Source of the DNA: Candidatus Tethybacter castellensis
Lineage (GTDB): Bacteria; Pseudomonadota; Gammaproteobacteria; Tethybacterales; Tethybacteraceae
Assembly: GCA_036679665.1 (NCBI GenBank)
Contig: JAZHEJ010000041.1
Location: 1,860 to 65,859, forward strand
DNA: 64,000 nucleotides
Direction of reading: 5' to 3'
Part shown: positions 23,631-33,737 of the stretch, one piece after another
Numbering within the stretch: the first letter of the stretch is position 1
Layout of the letters: each line of letters begins with the position of its first letter
Made by a program: the position numbers and the translations under genes
Notes under the pieces: generated by a model
Seen by the model: only the letters and a program-made list of their open reading frames with translations
What the model was told of the DNA's origin: nothing
The model's database searches: none

Positions 23631-24341
23631 ATGAACTTGGAACAAGCAGAAAAAAATCTTGCGATCAAAGTGATAATCTTTGCTGTCGTTGTGTACGGTT
23701 TGGTTTGGGGATCCAATAGGTATATTGCTGAATTTACTAATGCGGAAAGAGCAGCTAACGACGAATATAAGGCAACGTTACAGGATTTTCAGGAGCGCCT
23801 TGGCCAGATTCAGGTTGAAGAACAGTTGCAGTCTCAGTATGTTAATGAATACAACCAGTTTCAGTCCTCTGGGCGAATCGTTAGTGACCAAGAAATAGCT
23901 CAAGCTTCAGAAAACGAGGAACTTAGGAGGCTCGAGTTACTTTCTAGGCTCCAAGACATCATCAATGAGAGAGAATTTTTCGAGGCGCAATACACATTGT
24001 CCTCTCCAGAAAATTTACCCTCTGAAACTTCCGAAATTATTTCTGAAAGTACAGTATTGATCAGAGCAACACGCATGGATATTGAGATGCCTTTGCTACA
24101 CTCGCTTGACATTTTGATGTTGATTAATGATTTTTATGATGAGCAAACAAATCGATTTGTTCCTGTCGATTGCGAAATGACGCTCATGAATAATCGCTTT
24201 AGATCTGAAGATGCACAAGAACGAAGGCTTGCTTTGTTCGAAGTAACCGAAAACATTGAGGCCAAATGTGGGTTAGTCTGGCTATCTATATATGATCCAG
24301 CTTTAGGTAAGTCTCAGGAGGAATTAGAAGAAAGTGCGTAA
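23631..24341 (+). CDS. PilO/MshJ-like bitopic protein
   Basis: It has an N-terminal TM helix and a coiled-coil periplasmic region. It is called by context. Confidence 0.35.
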   Translation: MNLEQAEKNLAIKVIIFAVVVYGLVWGSNRYIAEFTNAERAANDEYKATLQDFQERLGQIQVEEQLQSQYVNEYNQFQSSGRIVSDQEIAQASENEELRRLELLSRLQDIINEREFFEAQYTLSSPENLPSETSEIISESTVLIRATRMDIEMPLLHSLDILMLINDFYDEQTNRFVPVDCEMTLMNNRFRSEDAQERRLALFEVTENIEAKCGLVWLSIYDPALGKSQEELEESA

Positions 24342-24915
24342 AGTTCCGTTCTCACAAAACTGCTTTCAGGCGTTGGCCATGTTGGTTATCGCTTCGACTA
24401 CGCAGCTAGTTTTTGCTCAGTCTACTATTGAAGAACTGATAGCGCGTGAAAATGTCGGGAGAATATTTTTTTCCGATCAACAACGTGGTGTAATGGAAGC
24501 GCGTCGTCAAAACGTGGCTGATTTTGATCCATCTGGAATTGAACGGCCAAGTTTTTCAGCACCGCTTGAAGCTCCGAGATTGGTTTTAAGGTCGGTTATT
24601 AAAACAGTCGAAGATGAAGTTAGTGGAGAAGAAGCATATGAACGCGGTATTGATCTTCGTTTTGATGGGATTATCGGCAAAACAGGCGATAGAAGAGTTT
24701 TAATAGATTCTCAAGTGGTTGATCAAGAACAGCTAGAAAGCTTACAGTCTGATTTGGGACTGGAGCTGGTTGTAAGCGATGATAATGATGTAACGGCCGA
24801 GGACAAATTGTTTAAGCAAAAGGTTTCATTTACCAGAGGTGATGTTTTACGCTCCGATGGTACCTTGGATAAGCCGGGAACGCAAGGTCGCTTTATTATT
24901 GTGAAACGGCAGTAA
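24334..24915 (+). CDS. PilP/MshK-like periplasmic protein
   Basis: It has a signal peptide (ALAMLVIASTTQLVFAQS). It is called by context, as the last gene of the cluster. Confidence 0.3.
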   Translation: MRKVPFSQNCFQALAMLVIASTTQLVFAQSTIEELIARENVGRIFFSDQQRGVMEARRQNVADFDPSGIERPSFSAPLEAPRLVLRSVIKTVEDEVSGEEAYERGIDLRFDGIIGKTGDRRVLIDSQVVDQEQLESLQSDLGLELVVSDDNDVTAEDKLFKQKVSFTRGDVLRSDGTLDKPGTQGRFIIVKRQ

Positions 24916-25014
24916 TCTGTCTTAGGCAAGTTTTCTAAATCGTATATTTAATACGGCGGTAGCTAGGCAAGTTTAAGGCTCAGGTTTTCTTCTTCGCTTG
25001 GCAAGGAACAGGCT

Positions 25015-25569
25015 ATGGATGACAAACTTGACAGTAACAATCGACGTTTGCTTACTATAAGTTCTCTTATCGGTGCAGGGTTTGCAGCGACAGCTACTGC
25101 TGTGCCTTTCATAGGTAGTCTAGCACCTGGCAGAAAGGCATTGGGTGAAGGAGCTCCAGTAGAGCTTGGGATAAGTGGTTTAGAGCCGGGCAAATTATTT
25201 GTGGTGCCTTGGCGACGAAAACCGGTATGGGTTCTGATGCGAACTGAGGAGATGTTAACCGAACTTGATTCGCATAATGAACAATTGATTGATCCTGAGT
25301 CATTGTCTAGCGATCAGCCTGAATATTGCCAAAATACTACCAGGTCGATAAATCCTGAAATTTTTGTCGCGTTAGGAGTATGTACTCATCTAGGTTGTTC
25401 GCCGGGCCTGAATGATCCTTCAGGATTTTTGTGTGCATGTCACGGCTCCAATTTTGATTTCGCGGGCAGGGTATTAAAGGGAAGCCCTGCGCCGACGAAT
25501 TTAGCTATTCCAGAGCATTATTTTACGGATGATAACACCATAGTAATCGGTGTTTCAGGATCTGCATAG
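25015..25569 (+). CDS. petA: ubiquinol-cytochrome c reductase Rieske iron-sulfur subunit
   Basis: It has the Rieske boxes CTHLGC and CACHGS. Confidence 0.9.
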   Translation: MDDKLDSNNRRLLTISSLIGAGFAATATAVPFIGSLAPGRKALGEGAPVELGISGLEPGKLFVVPWRRKPVWVLMRTEEMLTELDSHNEQLIDPESLSSDQPEYCQNTTRSINPEIFVALGVCTHLGCSPGLNDPSGFLCACHGSNFDFAGRVLKGSPAPTNLAIPEHYFTDDNTIVIGVSGSA

Positions 25570-25577
25570 GATAACTT

Positions 25578-26798
25578 ATGTCGAAATTTGCTGATTGGGT
25601 AGAGTATCGGCTACCTTACCGAGGTTTTGTTAAAGCGCATCTTACCCAATATTGGGCGCCAAAGAATTTTAATGTCTGGTACTATTTTGGATCGCTGGCG
25701 TTGCTGGTTTTCGTAATCCAGATCATCAGCGGCATTTTTTTGGCCATGAACTATAAGCCTGATGCAAAGTACGCTTTTGATTCAGTCGAATTCATCATGC
25801 GCGATGTCAATTTCGGTTGGCTCATAAGGTATGTGCATTCCACCGGCGCTTCAATGTTTTTTGTGGTTATATATTTACACATGATGCGCGCATTACTTTA
25901 CGGTTCGTACCGCAACCCGCGTGAACTATTGTGGATCATCGGTATGATTATTTATTTGCTTTTGATGGCTGAGGCATTCATGGGTTATTTGTTACCGTGG
26001 GGCCAAACTTCATACTGGGGAGCTCAAGTAATTGTCAACTTGTTTTCAACCATACCGGTAGTCGGCGAAGATTTGGCAGTTTTTATCCGCGGTGATTATG
26101 CAATTTCTGATGTTACGTTAAATCGTTTTTACTCTTTTCATGTGGTTGCGTTACCGCTAATGCTATTCGGGCTTATTTTTCTTCACCTGGCTGCGTTGCA
26201 TACCCATGGCTCCAACAACCCGGACGGTATCGAGATTAAAAGTTGCAAAGATGAGTCGGGCAAGCCCAAAGATGGAATCGCTTTTCATCCTTATTACACG
26301 ATAAAAGATTCGTTTGGGGCGGTAGTATTTTTGGCAATATTTTGCCCGATATTATTTTTCGCTCCGGATATGAACGGCTATTTTTTAGAATTTGCGAATT
26401 TTGTACCGGCCGACCCACTTAAAACCCCGGAACATATCGCACCGGTATGGTATTTCACGCCGTTCTATGCGATATTGCGAGCTGTCCCTCCGTTCTTTGG
26501 TACCCAAGTTTGGGGAGTGCTAGCGATGGGAGCGGCAATCGCAGTGTTTTTCTTAGTTCCTTGGCTTGATCGCAGTCCGGTCAAGTCGGTTCGTTACAAA
26601 GGTATGTACACCAAGATTGCGCTTTTTATCTTTGTGGTGTCTTTTATCGCTTTGGGAATACTGGGAACCTTGCCTCCCAACGATACCAGGCAGTTACTTT
26701 CGCAGTTATTTTCGATCACTTATTTTGCGTTTTTTATTTTGATGCCTTGGTACACAAAGGCGGAACAGACAACCGCGCCGCCTGAGCGCATAACATGA
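25578..26798 (+). CDS. petB: cytochrome b
   Basis: It has 8 TM helices and conserved heme-ligand His positions. Its 406-aa length is typical. Confidence 0.93.
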   Translation: MSKFADWVEYRLPYRGFVKAHLTQYWAPKNFNVWYYFGSLALLVFVIQIISGIFLAMNYKPDAKYAFDSVEFIMRDVNFGWLIRYVHSTGASMFFVVIYLHMMRALLYGSYRNPRELLWIIGMIIYLLLMAEAFMGYLLPWGQTSYWGAQVIVNLFSTIPVVGEDLAVFIRGDYAISDVTLNRFYSFHVVALPLMLFGLIFLHLAALHTHGSNNPDGIEIKSCKDESGKPKDGIAFHPYYTIKDSFGAVVFLAIFCPILFFAPDMNGYFLEFANFVPADPLKTPEHIAPVWYFTPFYAILRAVPPFFGTQVWGVLAMGAAIAVFFLVPWLDRSPVKSVRYKGMYTKIALFIFVVSFIALGILGTLPPNDTRQLLSQLFSITYFAFFILMPWYTKAEQTTAPPERIT

Positions 26799-27508
26799 AG
26801 CACACCTTATGCGCGGTACTAAGTAGTGTGGCGTTGTGCTTGTCGCAGTTTGGTGTGGCCGCGGAACAATCAGCCACGCCCTTAGCCCAGGCTCCTGTCG
26901 ATCATTATGATTTTGCTTCCATGCAACGTGGCGCCAAGATGTTTGTTAATTATTGCCAAGGCTGTCACAGTCTCAAATACATGCGCTATTCGCGGCTAGC
27001 GAGTGATTTGGGCATACCTGATCAAATAGCTCAGGCTAATCTTGCCTTCGGCAATAAACTGTTTGCCGGCATGACCTCCGCGATGAATTCGGATCAAGCA
27101 CGCGCATGGTTTAACCAAGCCGTGTCGCCTGATCTGTCGGTAATCGCGCGGTCCCGCGGTGCTGATTGGCTCTATGCTTTTTTACGGTCTTTTTATCGCG
27201 ATCCGGAAGCAAGCACAGGCTGGAACAATACGCAGTTTGTAAACACTTCAATGCCTAACGTTCTGCATAGCTTGCAAGGTACTTATGTTTATGATGAAGC
27301 AGGTGAATTAATAAAAGTTGGCGACGGTACACTGAGCATTGCTCAGTTTGACACGACAGTAGCCGATCTTGTGAATTTTTTGGTTTATGCAGCTGAACCG
27401 GCTCGCAACACCAGAGTCAGAATCGGATTTGGAGTGATGATTTTTCTGGCGGTACTACTTGGAATTGTATATATGATGTACCGGGAATACTGGAAAGACA
27501 TAAAGTAA
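26795..27508 (+). CDS. petC: cytochrome c1
   Basis: It has a signal peptide, a CQGCHS heme-binding motif and a C-terminal TM anchor. Confidence 0.85.
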   Translation: MKHTLCAVLSSVALCLSQFGVAAEQSATPLAQAPVDHYDFASMQRGAKMFVNYCQGCHSLKYMRYSRLASDLGIPDQIAQANLAFGNKLFAGMTSAMNSDQARAWFNQAVSPDLSVIARSRGADWLYAFLRSFYRDPEASTGWNNTQFVNTSMPNVLHSLQGTYVYDEAGELIKVGDGTLSIAQFDTTVADLVNFLVYAAEPARNTRVRIGFGVMIFLAVLLGIVYMMYREYWKDIK

Positions 27509-27521
27509 ATAGGAATTAATA

Positions 27522-28181
27522 GTGATAGAGTTATGGTGTACCAAGCACGACGCGTATTCACATCGGACGCGTATTATCGTTGCAGAAAAAGATTTAGGGT
27601 TAAGTAACGCCAAATCAGCGAGCAGCCCGCCGCCGCCAATGGGACAGAATATCGGCGTCGTGATCAAGGATATCGATATCAACAACAAACCTGAGGATTT
27701 GGCACGCTTAAATCCGCTAAATCAGGTACCTGTGCTTGTTGACAAAGATGTTCATTTTTATGAGTCGAATATTATCAACGAATACCTTGATGAACGGTTT
27801 CCCCATCCTCAATTAATGCCGCTGAGTGTTATTGATAGAGCTAAAGCTCGTTTGTTTATGTTTCAGTTTGATCGGCAACTTTACACAAAAATGGACAAGA
27901 TCATCAACGCCAAGACCGAAAAAATCGCAAATGCGCAACGGTTGTTACTTGCTGATGCGTTGTTGGAACTTTCACAGTTGGTAGGTAAAACCAAGTATCT
28001 GATTGGCAACGACTTTACTATTGCTGATGTGGCGTTGGCACCGTTGCTATGGCGTCTTGAATATCTTAAAATCAAACTTCCCCCTAAAGCGGCACCGTTG
28101 TTAAGATATGCTGAGAATGTCTTTGTGTTACCTAGCTTTCTAGCATCTCTTACTCCCACCGAACAAGGAATGCGCAAGTAA
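27522..28181 (+). CDS. sspA: stringent starvation protein A
   Basis: It has GST-like SspA motifs (YSHRTRIIVAEK, ESNIINEYLDERFPHP) and is followed by sspB. It carries an extra Pro-rich insertion of about 20 aa (SNAKSASSPPPPMGQNIG). Confidence 0.85.
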   Translation: MIELWCTKHDAYSHRTRIIVAEKDLGLSNAKSASSPPPPMGQNIGVVIKDIDINNKPEDLARLNPLNQVPVLVDKDVHFYESNIINEYLDERFPHPQLMPLSVIDRAKARLFMFQFDRQLYTKMDKIINAKTEKIANAQRLLLADALLELSQLVGKTKYLIGNDFTIADVALAPLLWRLEYLKIKLPPKAAPLLRYAENVFVLPSFLASLTPTEQGMRK

Positions 28182-28207
28182 TAGGCATAAGTTAGAAAAG
28201 AAGAAAT

Positions 28208-28597
28208 ATGCGAACAGCATTTAAAAGCTATTTAGTACGATCTGTCTACGAATATTGCATGGATCACGGACTGGTTCCTTATATCGTAGCTAACGTAGTA
28301 GACAACGACACCTTGCCCATTGAGCATGCTCAAGTGGGTAAGATTACCTTAAACTTGAGTAATCAGGCAATACGCGATTTCACTATCGATCACGAACAGT
28401 TGTCTTTTTCTACTCGCTTTAGCGGAAAAATTACGTTCGTAAATATTTCGATCGCGGCAATTTTGTGGATAGGCAGTCCGCAGAGCGATTGCGGAATGGG
28501 ATTTGAAGTAAACGAAGCTAAGACGTTAGGTGCAAAAACTTATGCCAAGCAACCACAGCAAGGCGTATCTAGTGGATCGAAACTACGTTTAATCTAG
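28208..28597 (+). CDS. sspB: ClpXP adaptor SspB
   Basis: It has the N-terminal SspB fold sequence (RSVYEYCMDHGLVPYIV) and is the partner gene of sspA. Confidence 0.85.
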   Translation: MRTAFKSYLVRSVYEYCMDHGLVPYIVANVVDNDTLPIEHAQVGKITLNLSNQAIRDFTIDHEQLSFSTRFSGKITFVNISIAAILWIGSPQSDCGMGFEVNEAKTLGAKTYAKQPQQGVSSGSKLRLI

Positions 28598-28633
28598 GTG
28601 CTCCGAAAACTTTAGCTTATAAGAACAGCCTTT

Positions 28634-28650
28634 ATAGGCCTATGGCCTAT
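28634..28650. terminator. perfect palindrome ATAGGCC-TAT-GGCCTAT between the convergent sspB and dnaJ genes, a possible bidirectional terminator
   Basis: It has a 7-bp stem and a 3-nt loop. There is no strong U-run. Confidence 0.3.
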
Positions 28651-28685
28651 GGGCAATAAATATGGTGTTCTAAAGCTTGATATGC

Positions 28686-29825
28686 TTAGTTGCTTTTTTT
28701 GGATTTGCCGGCGCTAAATATATGCTTGACTTTGTCACGCCAGTTGCTTCGCTCCGGAAAATGTTTTTTCAGATTTGAATTGAGCGATTCGTCAAGTTGT
28801 TTTAACAACTCAACATCTTTCTTACTCAGGTTGTGCGGGGTTTCCACGACAACGGTGCAGAATAAGTCACCTGCCATGCCAGAGCGTAATCCTTTGATAC
28901 CCTTGCCACGAAGTTTGATGCGTTTGCCAGATTGCAGGCTTTTGGGTATCTGGACTGTTTGATAACCGTCCATGGTTGGTACTTGTACTTTACCGCCAAG
29001 CGCGGCAACCGGAAAAGAGATTGGCATCTGACAATGCAGGTCATCGTTATGGCGGGTAAAAATCGCATGCGGTTTTATCTCAATTTCAACAAGCAGGTCG
29101 CCAGGGAGAGTAGAGTGTTTGCCAGCTTCACCTTGCCCGGTAAGACGCAAAATATCGCTATTGTTGATGCCTGCGGGAATATCGATATCAATAGTCTTTA
29201 AACTTCTAGTTCTACCGTCGGCGTTACAATCTTTGCACGGTACGGTGATTACTTTGCCGGTACCTTCACATTGCGAGCATATCTCTTGCAAAGCTACAAA
29301 AGCGATTTGTTGCCTAACCTGGCCGCTACCTCCACAATTATTGCAGGTGACTTGTTTGGCATTGGGCGCACCGCCACTTCCGTTGCAGGTGGTACATCGG
29401 GACAATGAGTTGATTTTTGCTTTTCGTTTACAACCGGAAACGACCTCTGATAATTCGAGTGTTACCTTGATTCTTAGATCGCGACCACGCGGTTGATTTC
29501 GCGAACTTCCGGCACGACTAAATGGATTCCCGACTAAATCACCGAAAATCTGGTCGAAGGTGCTTGAAAAATCACCAAAATCAGCTCCGCCATTGGGTAT
29601 TTCATTAGGAGAGACGGTCCCGAAACGATCATAGTACTGGCGCTTTTGAGGATCCGACAGCACTGAATAAGCCTGCTGAATCTCCTTGAATTTTTTTTCC
29701 GCTTCAGGCGCAGAATTGCGATCCGGATGATGTTTCATCACCAGTTTCTTATATGCTTTTTTTATAACCTCAGGCTGAGCGTCGCGGTTTACGCCCAGCA
29801 ACGCGTAAAAGTCCGGGTTGCTCAT
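28686..29825 (-). CDS. dnaJ: chaperone DnaJ
   Basis: It has a J-domain (HPD), a G/F region and four CxxCxGxG zinc-finger repeats. Confidence 0.93.
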   Translation of the reverse strand: MSNPDFYALLGVNRDAQPEVIKKAYKKLVMKHHPDRNSAPEAEKKFKEIQQAYSVLSDPQKRQYYDRFGTVSPNEIPNGGADFGDFSSTFDQIFGDLVGNPFSRAGSSRNQPRGRDLRIKVTLELSEVVSGCKRKAKINSLSRCTTCNGSGGAPNAKQVTCNNCGGSGQVRQQIAFVALQEICSQCEGTGKVITVPCKDCNADGRTRSLKTIDIDIPAGINNSDILRLTGQGEAGKHSTLPGDLLVEIEIKPHAIFTRHNDDLHCQMPISFPVAALGGKVQVPTMDGYQTVQIPKSLQSGKRIKLRGKGIKGLRSGMAGDLFCTVVVETPHNLSKKDVELLKQLDESLNSNLKKHFPERSNWRDKVKHIFSAGKSKKSN

Positions 29826-29852
29826 TAGAGGCTACTACTTATGCGCTACGAG

Positions 29853-31787
29853 CTATTTTTGCTCGGACTTGCCGTCAGCCTCATCAACGATTTCTACTTC
29901 GGCTTCTTCAGTTTCAGGGGTCGTGTCTTCACCGTTGGATTGTGCCGCAGCTTGTTCTTTATATTTCTTATGCGCAAGCTCGGTCAGCGGTTCGCAAACT
30001 GAAGCTAACGATTCTGACGCGCTGGTGATGGCATCGCGATCACCTTTTTTAATCGTATCTTCAAGCTCTTTGATACCGTTGTCAATCGCGGTGCCTTGTT
30101 CTAAAGTCAAGCCCTCACCGTGTTCTTTGAGTTGTTGACGTATGCTGCTGCACAGTGCATCAGCGGTGTTGCGAATTTGAGTTAGTTCGGCAAATTTTTT
30201 GTCTTCTTCCTCATGGTCTTCCGCATCACTGATCATGCGCTGTATTTCCTCTTCTGTAAGTCCGGAATCAGCAGTGATCGTTATTTGGGCATTTTTGCCG
30301 GTCTTTTTGTCCATGGCGGTAACGTGTAAGATACCGTTGGCGTCAATGTCGAATTTAACTTCGATTTGCGGCATTCCGCGCGGGGCCGGTGCGATGCCGC
30401 GCAAATTAAACATACCGAGCGACTTGTTGTCTACCGCCTGTGATCGCTCGCCTTGCAAAACATGAATGGTGACTTCAGGCTGGTTGTCTGACGCGGTTGA
30501 AAACATTTTAGATTCGGATACCGGAATCGTGGTGTTTTTTTCGATTAAAGCGGTCATTACCTTACCTTCGGTTTCCACGCCCAAAGACAGCGGTGTGACA
30601 TCAAGCAGTTGCAGGTCGGTAACATCACCTTTGAGTACCGCGGCCTGGATTGCCGCGCCGATGGCTACCGCTTCGTCAGGATTGATATCTTTGCGCGGTT
30701 CCTTGTCGAACAATTCTTTGACTTGTTCTTGTACCATCGGCATGCGGGTCATGCCTCCGACCAAGATAATGTCGCTTAGCTCCGAAGCGTCGATGTCGGC
30801 GTCTTTTAGTGCCGTGCGACACGGCGCTATGGTCTTTTCAACCAAATCATGTACCAAGCCTTCTAATTTGGCGCGAGTAAGTTTGATTGTCAAATGTTTG
30901 GGGCCGCTTTGATCGGCGGTTATATAGGGCAGATTTATATCGGTCTGCATAGTGGTTGACAATTCAGTTTTGGCCTTTTCCGCAGCTTCTTTTAAGCGCT
31001 GCAAAGCCAGCACATCCTTGGAAAGATCTACCCCCTGATCCTTTTTGAACTCAGTGATCAAAAAACTGATAATGCGCTGATCAAAGTCTTCGCCGCCTAA
31101 AAACGTGTCACCGTTGGTGGCGAGAACCTCGAACATCGTGTCGCCTTCAATATTGGCGATTTCAATGATTGAAATATCAAAGGTGCCGCCTCCCAAATCA
31201 TATACCGCGATTTTCTGGTCTTTGGCTGTCCGGTCTTTTTTGTCCAAGCCGTAAGCTAGTGCTGCCGCGGTGGGCTCGTTTACCAGCCGGTTAACTTCCA
31301 ATCCGGCAATTTTTCCCGCGTCCTTGGTAGCTTGGCGTTGAGAATCATCAAAATAAGCCGGAACGGTGATGACCGCTTCGGTGACAGATTCGCCAAAATA
31401 GTCTTCAGCGGACTTTTTAAGTTTGCGCAACAGTTCAGCCGAGATTTCAGGCGGTGAAAGATTTTTGTCCCGTACTTTGACCCAAGCGTCGCCCTTTTCC
31501 GATTTGATAATACTGTAAGGAGCTAATTTGATCTCCTTGGAGACTTGCTCATCGGTGAAACGCCTGCCGATCAAACGCTTGATGGCAAACAGCGTGTTTT
31601 TAGGATTGGTGATTGATTGACGCTTGGCGGACGCGCCCACCAGAATTTCATCATCGTCGGTGTACGCAATTATGGAAGGGGTGGTTCTGCTCCCTTCAGA
31701 ATTTTCCAGTACTTTGGGTGTGCCGCCTTCTAAGAAGCACACGCAGGAGTTGGTGGTACCGAGATCAATGCCTATGATTTTGCCCAT
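29853..31787 (-). CDS. dnaK: chaperone DnaK (Hsp70)
   Basis: It has Hsp70 signatures ([20 protein letters not shown]) and a C-terminal EEVD-like acidic tail. Confidence 0.97.
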   Translation of the reverse strand: MGKIIGIDLGTTNSCVCFLEGGTPKVLENSEGSRTTPSIIAYTDDDEILVGASAKRQSITNPKNTLFAIKRLIGRRFTDEQVSKEIKLAPYSIIKSEKGDAWVKVRDKNLSPPEISAELLRKLKKSAEDYFGESVTEAVITVPAYFDDSQRQATKDAGKIAGLEVNRLVNEPTAAALAYGLDKKDRTAKDQKIAVYDLGGGTFDISIIEIANIEGDTMFEVLATNGDTFLGGEDFDQRIISFLITEFKKDQGVDLSKDVLALQRLKEAAEKAKTELSTTMQTDINLPYITADQSGPKHLTIKLTRAKLEGLVHDLVEKTIAPCRTALKDADIDASELSDIILVGGMTRMPMVQEQVKELFDKEPRKDINPDEAVAIGAAIQAAVLKGDVTDLQLLDVTPLSLGVETEGKVMTALIEKNTTIPVSESKMFSTASDNQPEVTIHVLQGERSQAVDNKSLGMFNLRGIAPAPRGMPQIEVKFDIDANGILHVTAMDKKTGKNAQITITADSGLTEEEIQRMISDAEDHEEEDKKFAELTQIRNTADALCSSIRQQLKEHGEGLTLEQGTAIDNGIKELEDTIKKGDRDAITSASESLASVCEPLTELAHKKYKEQAAAQSNGEDTTPETEEAEVEIVDEADGKSEQK

Positions 31788-31814
31788 GTTAGATCCTTGT
31801 TGTTAAATAATAAA

Positions 31815-32405
31815 TTAGTTCGACGGCGTTTGCTCTTGCTCTTGCTTTGCTTTTTCGTCGGTGGTATCAGCCTTTGCCACCACTACGTTGGCGGGCCGTA
31901 AAATTCGTTGTTTGTGTCGATAGCCTTTTAATAACACTCTGACTACGCTGTTGGCAGCAAAACCACCATGCGCTTCAAAGCTGATCGCCATGTGGAAGTG
32001 CGGGTCTAGTTTGTCGCCCGGTTGAGGTTCGATAGTTTCCATGCCGTGGGTCGACAATACTTGATTAAATTTAGCTAAAGTTAATGCGACACCGTCGCGT
32101 AAAGCCGCGAGGTCGTCGTTGGTGCGCTTTGCCAAAGCTTGTTCCAAGCTGTCGACGATTTCAAGCATGCCATCTAAAACATTTTCCGTCCCGCGCAACT
32201 CGGCACGCCCGATATCGGCGCGCAGACGCTTGGCGATATTTTGATTTTCCGCGCGTGCCCTGAGCAGATCGTCTTGCAATTGGGCGATCCGGTCGGCGTC
32301 TTTTTGCGGCTCAGCAGCTGTTTTGTCCTCACTTTTTTCTTGTTGTTGCGGGACAACAGGCTTGGTTTCGTCTGGATTTTGGGAATTGGTACTGTCTTCA
32401 GGCAT
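31815..32405 (-). CDS. grpE: nucleotide exchange factor GrpE
   Basis: It has a GrpE coiled-coil plus a beta domain and lies in the grpE-dnaK-dnaJ arrangement. Confidence 0.9.
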   Translation of the reverse strand: MPEDSTNSQNPDETKPVVPQQQEKSEDKTAAEPQKDADRIAQLQDDLLRARAENQNIAKRLRADIGRAELRGTENVLDGMLEIVDSLEQALAKRTNDDLAALRDGVALTLAKFNQVLSTHGMETIEPQPGDKLDPHFHMAISFEAHGGFAANSVVRVLLKGYRHKQRILRPANVVVAKADTTDEKAKQEQEQTPSN

Positions 32406-32504
32406 GATGGTTAGGTTATCGATAGCAAGATTATGTTGGTAGCAACTATTCTTATATAAGTCAATTTCTTAAAGAATCAACTAAATAGAGACAAAAATAG
32501 CATT

Positions 32505-33737
32505 TTAGGACAAAATTATTTTGGCAAAGCGACGTTTGCCTATTTGAATCAAATATTCTTCGCCATGACGACAAACGATATCTTCAGCAATTTTGCTGCC
32601 ATTGACCCGAATACCGTTCTGGGCCATCATTCTGCGGTATTCAGAGTAAGATGCGACCAGATTTGCTTGTTTGAGGATCATGGACAGATTGATTTTCTCG
32701 TTCGGTTGCGCGGTTATGATAATTTTTTCAGGATCAGCGGGAAATTCACGGCGGCGGAATGTGGCGACGAATTTTTCGCGGGCGGCATGCGCTTTTTTTT
32801 CATCATGCAACCTGCCGGCCAATTCGAATGCCAAAGCGTCTTTGGCATCGCGCGGATTTGCTCCGTTTGCAACATCTTTGCGCAGCTTGTCAAGCTGCGT
32901 GTTATCAATCAGCGACAACAACTCATAGTAGTGCCACATACGCTCGTCGGAAACCGACATTATTTTCGCGTAGATCGTTTCGGCAGGTTCAGCTAGACCG
33001 ATATAATTGCCGGCGCTTTTCGACATTTTGTCTTCACCACGCAGTCCCAATAGCAAAGGAGTGGTTAACACGCATTGCGGGTTCTGGCCGAATTGCTTTT
33101 GCATAACTCTTCCCACGGTAAGATTAAACAATTGATCGGTGCCGCCAAGCTCAATATCGCACTTGAGCATGACCGAATCGTAGCCTTGTACCAGCGGGTA
33201 GAGAAATTCGTGAATTGAGATCGGTTGTTGTTGCAGGTAGCGGCTATTAAAATCGCGGCGTTCTAGCATGCGCGCCACGGTATAGTGCTGGGCCAACTTG
33301 ATTAGTTCGGCCGCAGACATGCTATTCATCCATTCGCTGTTACGGCGCAACTCGGTACGCTCGCGATCCAAAATTTTAAAAACCTGAGCGGTATAAGTGG
33401 CGGCATTAGCTTGAATTTCGGGACTGTCAATTTGGGGTCTGGTCGTCGTTTTGCCGGAAGGATCACCAATTGTGGCTGTGAAATCGCCAATTAAAAAGAT
33501 AACTTGATGGCCTAGATTTTGCAACTGGCGCATTTTGGTAAACAGCACCGCATGGCCAAGGTGCAGATCCGGCGCGGTGGGATCAAAGCCGACTTTTACG
33601 CGAAGCGGTTTGCCTTGTTCCAAAAGCTGGATCAGTTCCTTGCGCTCAATCAGATCCACACTGCCTCGCGTTATGGTTTCAAGTTGCTCTGCAGGACGGG
33701 TCATGATGTCTGGCGCGGCAAGTGAGAACGCCGACAC
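32505..33737 (-). CDS. tyrS: tyrosine--tRNA ligase
   Basis: It has a HIGH motif (PDLHLGH), KMSKS, and a C-terminal S4-like domain. Confidence 0.93.
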   Translation of the reverse strand: MSAFSLAAPDIMTRPAEQLETITRGSVDLIERKELIQLLEQGKPLRVKVGFDPTAPDLHLGHAVLFTKMRQLQNLGHQVIFLIGDFTATIGDPSGKTTTRPQIDSPEIQANAATYTAQVFKILDRERTELRRNSEWMNSMSAAELIKLAQHYTVARMLERRDFNSRYLQQQPISIHEFLYPLVQGYDSVMLKCDIELGGTDQLFNLTVGRVMQKQFGQNPQCVLTTPLLLGLRGEDKMSKSAGNYIGLAEPAETIYAKIMSVSDERMWHYYELLSLIDNTQLDKLRKDVANGANPRDAKDALAFELAGRLHDEKKAHAAREKFVATFRRREFPADPEKIIITAQPNEKINLSMILKQANLVASYSEYRRMMAQNGIRVNGSKIAEDIVCRHGEEYLIQIGKRRFAKIILS

